This document shows positions 38,318 through 46,865 of a stretch of 64,000 bases of DNA, piece after piece. Position numbers and translations under genes: made by a program. Under the pieces are notes generated by a model that was not told where the DNA came from, did not search any database, and saw only the letters and a list, made by a program, of their open reading frames with translations. Source of the stretch: a virus; IMG/VR virus record IMGVR_UViG_3300037478_000520, positions 49,661-113,660 of that record, one strand, 5' to 3'. The stretch's first letter is position 1, and each line of letters starts with the position of its first letter.

Positions 38318-38995
38318 ATGGATGGACAGATGAGCAAAGTTGAAATTCTCGCAGCGTGTGACGCAATCCGCACCCGTTTCGCTGGGCGCGCAAAGCTTCG
38401 AGATCTCGCCAGCCGCGACGCGATCGCGCGCGCCGAACTGCAGCGCCGGCTGGGCCTGATCGACGACGCGACATTCGCCGGGCTGGAGCGGGCTGCACTT
38501 CGGGTTGCGGCGACCGGTGGAAAATCCGGCTGGTTTGCTTTCAATCGCCTCGCAGAGATTCGCGAGAATCGCGCGAAGGCGAAGGCTCGCCCGGCAGATC
38601 GCAAGCCTGGGCATGTGCAGTCAGTGATCGTCGATCGGCGGTTTCGCGAGGCCCTAGCCGCTGCTGGGATCCGCGCGACGACTCACGGACACGAAGACGT
38701 CTTCGTGTCCGTGCCGGTGGGCGCCGAAGGCGCTATCAGCGAGACCAGCACAATTTGGCCGAACCAGCTGGGGCTGCCGAATTCGTACAAATACCCGGTC
38801 ACGTGCAGCACGCACACCTGGCTAATCAGCCCCGCGGTCCTGCGCCCCGAGGTGCGCGCGCTGAACGCCCGGTGCCCGTCCGGGATCGTCTATCTATCGG
38901 CGACCGTGCGCGTCCGGCAAGGCCGCGGAACGTCACTCGTGGTCGAGACTCTGTCCGCTCGCCAGGCGCTTCGTGCGCTCCGGGTGGCAGCATGA
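38318..38995 (+). CDS. Hypothetical protein
   Basis: First gene after promoter copy 5. Confidence 0.6.
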   Translation: MDGQMSKVEILAACDAIRTRFAGRAKLRDLASRDAIARAELQRRLGLIDDATFAGLERAALRVAATGGKSGWFAFNRLAEIRENRAKAKARPADRKPGHVQSVIVDRRFREALAAAGIRATTHGHEDVFVSVPVGAEGAISETSTIWPNQLGLPNSYKYPVTCSTHTWLISPAVLRPEVRALNARCPSGIVYLSATVRVRQGRGTSLVVETLSARQALRALRVAA

Positions 38996-39930
38996 GCCTC
39001 GCTGCTATCACGCGCGTGGTCGAGCTCGTCGATCGCGGCTCACCACGCGACGGGCGGCGATTGCGCAGGCTACTATCCGCCGTCGACCGTGCGCCGGTCC
39101 CCGTGCGACCACGGCTGTTGGCCTCGATTGCTGTGGTCGAGCCTGCGCTATCCTCCCTGGTCGCGCAGCACCCCGGACCGCTGTGCCCCGCGTACCCGAG
39201 GGTGGACGCGGCAGTCGCCGCGCGGCTGGCGCTGGGCGAGCGACCCGCAGAGGTTCTCCGCGGCCTCACCCCCCGCGAGGCGCACGAGGCGCTGTCGACC
39301 GGGTGTTCGAGCGCTGTCGCGTGGATTCTGCGCGACTGCGCTGGGACTGAGGGCGTCCGGAGCGTGCCAGTCGCCAGGTGGCTCGTGGCGTGCCTCGCCG
39401 ACCCTGCGCGCGCCGAAGCGCTCGACCGCACGCGCGAGGAGCACACTCCCGCGGGCGTGGTCGAGGGGCGGTACACCGATCGTGTCGACGAGATCACGCC
39501 GGCGGATCTCGCCAAGGGCGACCGGACCGGGGTGGCCAGCGCATTCCGCGCTGCGTCCGCGCGAATCTACGCGAAATGGTGCGCGAGCCACGAGCGCGAC
39601 GAGACTCCGCTTGCCGCCGTTCCGAGCTGGTGGAGGCCAGTCAGGTGCGCGCGGCTGTGCCTGTCGCGCGCGAGCTTGATCCGAGAAGGTCGCGAGCTGC
39701 GGCACTGCGTAGGCACGTACGCACCGCATGTCTCACGCGGCAAGACCGTGATTGTCTCGATCGCGATTCGCGACGGGGCCGGGCTCGTGCACCGGTCGAC
39801 GGTGGACATCGATCGCCGCACCGCGGCAGTCGTGTCGCACCGAGGGGCCAGTAATTGTGAGCCACCGGCATTGAACAACCGCGCTATCGCGGTGCTCGCG
39901 CGGCGCTGGAAGGAAAATTGTCATGGATGA
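38992..39930 (+). CDS. PcfJ-like domain protein
   Basis: L..EG..L.HCVG.Y...V..G...I.SI......T..I......RG..N signature. Confidence 0.78.
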   Translation: MSLAAITRVVELVDRGSPRDGRRLRRLLSAVDRAPVPVRPRLLASIAVVEPALSSLVAQHPGPLCPAYPRVDAAVAARLALGERPAEVLRGLTPREAHEALSTGCSSAVAWILRDCAGTEGVRSVPVARWLVACLADPARAEALDRTREEHTPAGVVEGRYTDRVDEITPADLAKGDRTGVASAFRAASARIYAKWCASHERDETPLAAVPSWWRPVRCARLCLSRASLIREGRELRHCVGTYAPHVSRGKTVIVSIAIRDGAGLVHRSTVDIDRRTAAVVSHRGASNCEPPALNNRAIAVLARRWKENCHG

Positions 39931-40766
39931 TCGAAAATCAATCGACGCTGAATTGCACACCCTCCGAAGCTGCATCCGCGGCTGCGAGGACAGCCGGCAG
40001 CGCAGTGAAATGGAGGGTGCGCGGTTCCAAATTTACGCGGCCTTCGAGCACCGCGATCCCGACGCGGCGCGACGCTGGGCGAAGGCGCTTCGGGCCGCGC
40101 TGATCGCCGTCGACCACGACGAGCTGCGCGGCATGGGGCTCGATGCGCTGGGCGTGATCGAGAGCGCGATCGGGGACGGCGGAGGTGCGCTGTGAGCCGT
40201 CCCCTTCCCCGCGAGCGGGGCGTATCCTCGGCGGAGTTCGAACTCCTGCGTGGTGAGGCAATCGCGTACGGGGAGGGCCGGGGTGGCGATGTCGACCCGA
40301 CGACTCCAGATGCGATCCGCCAAACTCTCGCCGAGCTGGGCGGTCGGCCCCCGAGCGAGGCGTCAATCGTCGAAACCTCCTCCGCGCTACGCACCGAGGT
40401 ACTAGCCCACCTGGCGAGAGTGGAGCAGAACCGCCAAGCGCGTGTGGAGGCAGCGCGTCATCGGTCCGCCCGCACAGGGGACGGTGAGCTAGTCGAAGGC
40501 TCACTGTCGGTCGCAGAGCCCACGCCGCAGGATGCCCCGCGGTCGTGGGCAGAAGTGCTTTGCGCGCGCCGAGGTGCGCTATGAGCCCGCACGACTATGA
40601 GCGCGCCAGCGTCATGGATCGCCAGGAACCGACCGAGTACCGGCAGACAAAGGAAAAACCATTGGTGAAATTGATCTGCTGTGTGGTGTTGGCGGCTTTG
40701 GTCTCCGCTGCCATCTGCCTGGCCGCTTGGTATCTGGCGTTCTTACACCTCGCGCCATCGCTGTAG
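39923..40766 (+). CDS. Three small coupled hypothetical genes (39923-40195, 40192-40584, 40581-40766; the last has a TM helix)
   Basis: GGAGGTGCGCT(G/A)TGA junctions. Confidence 0.55.
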
Positions 40767-40782
40767 CCGAAAGCTTTACAAA

Positions 40783-41409
40783 ATGACCACAACAAAAAAA
40801 CTACTCGGTGAGATCACCCACGCTGGCAAGTATGTCGAGAACCGAGCGCCGAAACTGCTCGGCCCCGACCTGATCCGTAACCAGGGGCTGGTTAGGACCA
40901 TCATCCAGGACTACCGCGCTAACCCGCGCTTTCCGTTCGCGCCGGGCTTCGTGGCCACGGCGGTCTACCGCTACGGCTGCTGGACTCGCACGATCGCGTC
41001 CAAGACCCTGCGACGCGTGGCCCGCGTGCCCTACTGGCTCGGTTACCTGTGGACGCGCGACGTGTACGGGATCGAGCTGTTCGACTCCGCGCGCATCGGG
41101 AGGCGGCTCAACATCGCGCACCAGAGCGGCATCGTGATCCACTTGCACGCGGAGATCGGGGACGACTGCGTGATCCGGCACTGCGTGACGTTCGGCGAGG
41201 GCACGGGCCCGAGCGCGGAAGGCCCGGTCATCGGTGATCGCGTGAGCTTCGGGCCTGGGACGGTTGTGATGGGGGCCGTCGTGATCGGCGATGACGTGAG
41301 CGTCGGGCCAAACTGCACGATCTCGCGGGACGTTCCAGCGTGCACAGCGGTAGTCGCCGGGCGGCCAACCGTGGTCCCGAAGATCCGTCACACGAGGCCC
41401 GAGCCGTGA
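40783..41409 (+). CDS. Serine O-acetyltransferase-like left-handed beta-helix acyltransferase (CysE/WcaB family)
   Basis: YGIEL...ARIG..L.IAH.SGIVIH..AEIGDDC.IRH.VTFG...PVIGD.V..G.G......V.IGD.V.VG.N.....DVP. Confidence 0.85.
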   Translation: MTTTKKLLGEITHAGKYVENRAPKLLGPDLIRNQGLVRTIIQDYRANPRFPFAPGFVATAVYRYGCWTRTIASKTLRRVARVPYWLGYLWTRDVYGIELFDSARIGRRLNIAHQSGIVIHLHAEIGDDCVIRHCVTFGEGTGPSAEGPVIGDRVSFGPGTVVMGAVVIGDDVSVGPNCTISRDVPACTAVVAGRPTVVPKIRHTRPEP

Positions 41410-41717
41410 AAGGCCCTTGGTACATCACGCTGGCCGCCGTCGAGCACTGGATGCGCGTCCGCCGCTACCCCGACGACGACGCGCACTTTGAGCGCGCCGA
41501 GGACGAGCTTTTCGGGTTGATCCAAGGCGCCAAGCTTCGCCAGACTGACGCTGAAGGCCGGCAGCTGTGGCGCATAGGCCGACCGCACAAAGCCCGCATG
41601 ATCGTCGACACACGCAAGCTGGAACGCGTGGACGGACGCGACTTGCCGCGCCTGATCTGGGTTGGTCAGGGCCACCCGCCACACTGGTGCTGGACGAAAG
41701 AAGGAAACATTGACTAG
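41406..41717 (+). CDS. Hypothetical protein, possibly RelE/ParE-like fold
   Basis: GTGA-coupled; WYITLAAV...RQLWRIG...RMIV...LIWVG spacing is reminiscent of RelE folds (weak). Confidence 0.45.
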   Translation: MKGPWYITLAAVEHWMRVRRYPDDDAHFERAEDELFGLIQGAKLRQTDAEGRQLWRIGRPHKARMIVDTRKLERVDGRDLPRLIWVGQGHPPHWCWTKEGNID

Positions 41718-41828
41718 AGCGCCGATCAGAGAAGGGGAGATCGCCACAGTCACCAAACGACTGCGCGTCACACCCGAGCAAGCCGAGGAGCTGGAGCGGG
41801 CTCCAGCGCAAAAGAAGGAAACTTGAAA

Positions 41829-43928
41829 ATGCAAACCATCGCCTACAAATACCGGATCCTTCGCGTGCTCTCCGACGAGCGGGCTATCATGGACGAGATC
41901 CGAGCCGGTCACCGGCTCTACAACGATCTAGTCGCCATCGAGCGCAAGCGACGGGCCGCGACCGAGGCGTTCTGGGCTGAGCGTGGTGGGTACCAGGATC
42001 TTCTGGCCGAGCGTGGGAAGGCCATCGAATTCGCCGAGTCGATTCCCAAGGGCGATGATCGGCGCGAGGAGAAGCGCGCGGCATGGCGCGCTGTGAACGA
42101 TCTGCGTAAGCAGATCTGGGAGTGCGAGAAGGACGCCATCAAAGCGTTCCACGCGAGCGATCCCGTGAAGATCCGCAGGATGGAACGCGCCAAGGAACTC
42201 CGTGCTGCTGCGAAGGCGCGCAAGGAAAAGCTAACGGCGAAAAAGATCGCGGACATTCTTGACGAGGAACCAGATTGCCTGACCGAGCGGGATAAGCTGC
42301 GCAAAACGCTTATCCAGAGCTACAAGGATCGCGGCGTCGGGATCAGTGCGAAAACCGTGGCTGGCAAGCTCGCAGAGGCATTCCCTGGTCCGACGGAACA
42401 CGTCGAGCAGGAGGCGAAAGCCGCGGCGTACACAGCCTATCGCGAACGCGGTGTTACGCCCGGTACGCGCGCGGTGGTTGCGGACGCGCATGAGCGCTCG
42501 CTTGAGATGCTCGAGTGGCGAGAGCAACGCTTCAAGCCGTGGTCCGGCCACGGCGCATTCGGAACGCAAATCCAAGGAGGCGCGACGTACGGCGACCTAT
42601 GCAGTGGCAGCCACACGTTTGCTCAACTGGAGTGCCTCGACCGCGGCAACTACACTCCTGGATCTCGCCGGCATGGCAGTCTGCACAGGCTACGCGTGCG
42701 CCTTGGGTCGGACGGTCAGAAGCCCGTCTGGGCGGAATTCGAAGCGAGCCTACTTCGCAGCGGCCCGCGTACGTCCGCGTCGACATCGGATCCGATCCCA
42801 CCCGATGCGCGCGTAATGCAAGTGCGCGTGGTGGTCGACCGAATCGGCGTGCACGACCACTGGTACGTCTGTTTCACGGCTCAGGTTCCGGACGCCGTGC
42901 ACTTGCGGGATGAGCCGCCGACGAAGGGCGGGACGGTGGCCATCGACATTGGGTGGCGCAGTTTGGACGGTGGTTTGCGGGTCGGATACTTCCACGACGG
43001 GCAAGAGCACGGCCCCATCGACCTGCCAACGATCCGCAAGCGACTCAAGCCGCACGGGAAGCGAGGCGCCAAGGCGAAGTGGTTCGAAGTGCGCGACGTG
43101 TTCGATCACGCGAGTCACATCCAAGGGATCCTGTCTCAGGAATTCTACTCCGAGGACAAGGATGCGGCCGTGTACGGCGGCGCCTTGCATGACCTAGCGG
43201 TCTGGATCGACTCGCGCGGGCGCGATGCTCTCCCCGAGTGGCTCTCCGAATCTACCGCCGGGATCCGACAGTGGCGTTCGCAAGCTCGGCTCAACGGACT
43301 AGTTGAACGATGGCTTCACAACCGTTTCGAGGGCGACGGTCAAATCGTCGCTCGCATGGATCAGTGGCGCAAAGACTATAGGCATTTGCATGAATGGTGC
43401 GCGCGGGAGAGAAACCGCGCCCTGAACGCGCGCGACGAGCACTACAGGCAGACCGCGCTACGCCTCGCGCGCGCGTACGAAACGATCGTGATCAACGGCG
43501 CCGACCTTGCAACCACGCGCCGCCGCAAACGGAAAGAGAAGGCCGCCCCCGAGCTGGTCATGGTCGAGGATGCGAAGCGTTCGCAGGCCTTCGACGCCGC
43601 GCCGGGGAAGCTCCGGGAAGAGATCGTAAAGGCGGCAAAGAAGTACGGCCGGACACTGGTCAAATTGCCGTTCGAAACCGAGAGGTGTCACGTTTGCGGG
43701 GAGGTGTGTGAATTTGACCGTGCCCGCTATCTCTCACACAAGTGCGAGCACGAGCCATGCACAGCACAGTGGGACCAGGACGCCAACGCGTGCCTGAATG
43801 CCCTTCGCGAGTGGTCCGGTGGCGCGAAAACCCCGGGGACCGCTCGCAAACGCGACAAGCCCGCGAAGTCACGTGAGAAAACGACGGGGCGCGGCGACGC
43901 AATAGGCGCTGTGAGCGATTCGCTGTAG
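41829..43928 (+). CDS. cas12m: Compact type V CRISPR effector, V-U1/Cas12m-like (TnpB-derived RuvC protein), 699 aa
   Basis: ATG 41829 after AAGGA. Motifs YKY, GHRLYNDLVAIER, RF..W.G.G..G.QIQGG, R.R.GS...P.W, RIG....WYV.FT, RuvC-I VAIDIGWR...GLRV, QWRS.ARL, RuvC-II IVINGADL, AAPG.LR, Zn finger CHVC/CEHEPC, RuvC-III WDQDANA..N. A CRISPR array follows immediately. Confidence 0.85.
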   Translation: MQTIAYKYRILRVLSDERAIMDEIRAGHRLYNDLVAIERKRRAATEAFWAERGGYQDLLAERGKAIEFAESIPKGDDRREEKRAAWRAVNDLRKQIWECEKDAIKAFHASDPVKIRRMERAKELRAAAKARKEKLTAKKIADILDEEPDCLTERDKLRKTLIQSYKDRGVGISAKTVAGKLAEAFPGPTEHVEQEAKAAAYTAYRERGVTPGTRAVVADAHERSLEMLEWREQRFKPWSGHGAFGTQIQGGATYGDLCSGSHTFAQLECLDRGNYTPGSRRHGSLHRLRVRLGSDGQKPVWAEFEASLLRSGPRTSASTSDPIPPDARVMQVRVVVDRIGVHDHWYVCFTAQVPDAVHLRDEPPTKGGTVAIDIGWRSLDGGLRVGYFHDGQEHGPIDLPTIRKRLKPHGKRGAKAKWFEVRDVFDHASHIQGILSQEFYSEDKDAAVYGGALHDLAVWIDSRGRDALPEWLSESTAGIRQWRSQARLNGLVERWLHNRFEGDGQIVARMDQWRKDYRHLHEWCARERNRALNARDEHYRQTALRLARAYETIVINGADLATTRRRKRKEKAAPELVMVEDAKRSQAFDAAPGKLREEIVKAAKKYGRTLVKLPFETERCHVCGEVCEFDRARYLSHKCEHEPCTAQWDQDANACLNALREWSGGAKTPGTARKRDKPAKSREKTTGRGDAIGAVSDSL

Positions 43929-43996
43929 ACCTGGGATCAGGAGCGCTCGCAAAACGGTTTGCAAGCGCGTGGGATCTTTGACAATCTAGCCGAGCT
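43804..43996 (+). promoter_or_regulatory. CRISPR leader of array 2 (5' part overlaps the last ~41 codons of the effector)
   Basis: Same motifs and spacing as the leader of array 1. Confidence 0.85.
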
Positions 43997-44915
43997 GTAT
44001 CAGAAGGCCCTCGGCGCCTTTGAAGCCGAGACCAGATGGCGTTGTGCATCTGGTTGTCGAGCCGCCGGGTATCAGAAGGCCCTCGGCGCCTTTGAAGCCG
44101 AGACCGCGACTGGCTTCATTCGGTTACTTTTTTCGATACTCGTATCAGAAGGCCCTCGGCGCCTTTGAAGCCGAGACACGCCCATGTCCGAGCCGCAGCG
44201 AAGCGCGTCGCCTCGTATCAGAAGGCCCTCGGCGCCTTTGAAGCCGAGACAGGGGGACCGCTCACCCGCAAGAGCGCTTTCAGCCGGCGGTATCACAAGG
44301 CCCTCGGCGCCTTTGAAGCCGAGACCCGCACGTCCGGATCGGCGAGCACCGGCGGTACGTGAGTATCAGAAGGCCCTCGGCGCCTTTGAAGCCGAGACTC
44401 TTGTTCTTGCATCTCTCCAAGAATCGCCCTATGGGGGTCGCACAAGGCCCTCGGCGCCTTTGAAGCCGAGACGCGCGCTGGAATGGTGGCGCTGCGCATC
44501 GGCGCGATCGTCGCACAAGGCCCTCGGCGCCTTTGAAGCCGAGACTAACACCCGGGCGCTGTTACCAAACACCCCAAGGCAGGGGTCGCACAAGGCCCTC
44601 GGCGCCTTTGAAGCCGAGACCGCGCGGCGCCGAAGCCGAAGGCGAAGCCACTCGCGCGCGTGTCGCACAAGGCCCTCGGCGCCTTTGAAGCCGAGACACG
44701 GGAGTCATCTTCGTGACCGGAACGAATACCCAGTCGCACAAGGCCCTCGGCGCCTTTGAAGCCGAGACTGTTTGGCGACGGCGCGAACTCCAAGTCGACC
44801 ATCCTCGGTATCAGAAGGCCCTCGGCGCCTTTGAAGCCGAGACACTGATCACGACCTACGCGAGGTGGTCGCCGACGTGGTATCACAAGGCCCTCGGCGC
44901 CTTTGAAGCTGAGAT
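43997..44915 (+). CRISPR. CRISPR array 2: 13 repeats, 12 spacers of 35-41 nt
   Basis: Repeats GT(AT/CG)CA(G/C)AAGGCCCTCGGCGCCTTTGAAGCCGAGAC at 43997, 44069, 44142, 44215, 44290, 44363, 44437, 44510, 44585, 44662, 44733, 44808. Degenerate terminal repeat at 44880 (...GCTGAGAT). Confidence 0.98.
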
Positions 44916-45169
44916 CAAGGCGTAGCCCGTTCCCTACCTAGCTTTCCCCGAGGACCTCCATCAGCTCCGCGTCAGAGAACAAGTGCGGAAGCGTGCGCAT
45001 CAAATGGTTCTTCGTCGTGCAATAGCGTCCATTACCAAAGTCCACGAGCATCCCGCGGACGAGTAGCCATTCACGCGCGCGCTCTGTGCTCCATGATTCA
45101 CCGGTCTTGTCCGACATCCACAGCGCGAAATTCGCGGTGGTCATGATCGGAGTGAGCTTGACCTTGACA

Positions 45170-45883
45170 TTACCTGCCACTGAATTTCCTCCCTACCTCA
45201 TCCCATAATCTCGCGGCGCTGAGGTGCACCTTGCGCGCTTCACCCATGACCTCGCTGACCAATTCCTTGTGGCGCTGCTTGCTTCCTTCCATCGCAATCC
45301 AGCGGTAGATCCGCTCGTGCGTCGGGCCTTCTGTCTGTCCCGACTTGCGGGCTAGTTCCTCGAGTTGTTGGGCCACCGGAATCAGTGGGACAACGGCGAA
45401 CAATTCGAACCAGGGCGCGTACACGGACGCCCGCTTGCGGAGTTCCTCAGGGGAGTTCCCAGCCACTGTGTACCGACTTCCCGCTGACCCGTAGGCAGCC
45501 TCGAGGACCGCCGCCAGATAGGCGTCTCGGCGCCGCACAGCGTCGAGTTGCCGCCCGGTCTCCGAGTAGCGTGTGTACAACGGGTCATCCGCTGGCTCCC
45601 AATTGAACGTGGGCTTTTCCGCATTGTGCTGCGCGCTGAATCGCCGCTCGCGCAACGCCTCGCTGTATCCGCAATTCTCGCACCACTCGCCAGCGATCGG
45701 CTCTTTGCACCCGATACAGGTCCCCGCGGGTTGCGATTTCGGGCGCTTTTGCGGCGTGTACGACGGCGGTACGAAATACTTCTCCGCCCGGTCCAGTGCA
45801 GGACCCATTGATGACGAGCCCTCGAACACGGCCTGACCCGGCCCCAAGTACCACCGCAGATCCGTGTTGAGTTCGCGCTTCAC
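45170..45883 (-). CDS. Hypothetical Zn-ribbon protein
   Basis: CIGC...CENC; coupled to neighbours 44938-45180 and 45880-46362. Confidence 0.55.
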   Translation of the reverse strand: MKRELNTDLRWYLGPGQAVFEGSSSMGPALDRAEKYFVPPSYTPQKRPKSQPAGTCIGCKEPIAGEWCENCGYSEALRERRFSAQHNAEKPTFNWEPADDPLYTRYSETGRQLDAVRRRDAYLAAVLEAAYGSAGSRYTVAGNSPEELRKRASVYAPWFELFAVVPLIPVAQQLEELARKSGQTEGPTHERIYRWIAMEGSKQRHKELVSEVMGEARKVHLSAARLWDEVGRKFSGR

Positions 45884-46514
45884 CCGCGCTTGCCAGCCTT
45901 CTTCAGCGACTTGGTTCGTTCTCTCTTGTTAGGGACTCGCTCCTTTCGTGCCGACATGGACGGCGCCTTAGCACGCACGACGGGCACGATCTCCACGGCA
46001 CGCACGGCCTTAAGAACTCCACCATCGAGCGTCCGAACGATCACCGCTCCTGATTCGTCGTAGCCGATCACCTCGCCTTTTTGGCTTGGGTCAGATTTCC
46101 ATGTGACGGACTGCCCGGGGTCGAGCGGCTTTTGTGGCTGCAGGGCAGCGAGGCGCGACTCGTGATAACGTCGCATGTACCCGACATCGCCGGTTGTCGT
46201 CGCGAGCGTGGCCGCGTGCAGCCAGCCAACGAAGTCGCCAGCATTCATGGACGCGATGGTGATGTTGGCGATCGTTGGCGCGGGACCAGATGCTGTATTC
46301 GCCTGCGCTTGCGCCTGTCCCGTCTCGGTAGTCGCGGTGCTCGTTGTCGTGTCGTCGTCCATTTATTCACCCTTCGCCGAACGAAGGTGCTCAATCACCT
46401 CGCCGATTTCCGCCGTCTGGAACTTGACGGATAATGCTGTCGCTTCCGCAAGCTTAGCTTTCGCGATCGGTGCTGCTGTCGCGGTGCTCGTTGTCGTGTC
46501 CACTACTTTATTAT

Positions 46515-46865
46515 TCAAAGATCATCCTCCGGAACGCTCGCGCCCTCCGAGCACAGATCCGACTCCTCGCACGACGTCGCCGCCGAATAGCAAGCCCGGT
46601 CGTAGCCAAACCCAGCGCTTATCAGAAAGCGGCACACGTCCTCACACGTCCGGTCATCCGCGGTTCCCATGATGTCGTCGTCACCATCCTCTGTCTCCGC
46701 GTACTTGCACCCGAGTTTGCGGCCCGTGTCACAGGCCATGGAGCACCCGTCCTGGCTATCGACGATCACCACCGGCACAGGTCGCACGGGCGGCGGGTCG
46801 TTGGTCGTAACGCATGACGACCCACACGCAGTGAATACCAGCAGCGCCAGATAGAACACCCTCAT
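46515..46865 (-). CDS. Cys-rich lipoprotein
   Basis: MRVFYLALLVFTAC lipobox; several Cys pairs. Confidence 0.6.
   Translation of the reverse strand: MRVFYLALLVFTACGSSCVTTNDPPPVRPVPVVIVDSQDGCSMACDTGRKLGCKYAETEDGDDDIMGTADDRTCEDVCRFLISAGFGYDRACYSAATSCEESDLCSEGASVPEDDL

Noticed and set aside
41829-43928. IS200/IS605 TnpB transposon
   Set aside because: No TnpA or IS ends were seen, the protein is much longer than TnpB, and it abuts a CRISPR array with a V-U1-like repeat.
44251-44289. Array 2 spacer 4 shares GGGGACCGCTC with the leader motif
   Set aside because: An 11-nt match only; not enough to claim autoregulation.
44546-44584. Possible self-match of array 2 spacer 8 to ~31126 and ~31985
   Set aside because: Only 11-12 nt matches, expected by chance in 64 kb of high-GC DNA.
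44698-44732. Spacer 10 translates to TGVIFVTGTNT, like the BioD N-terminus (host targeting)
   Set aside because: The motif is too short and the frame is unknown; needs a database hit.
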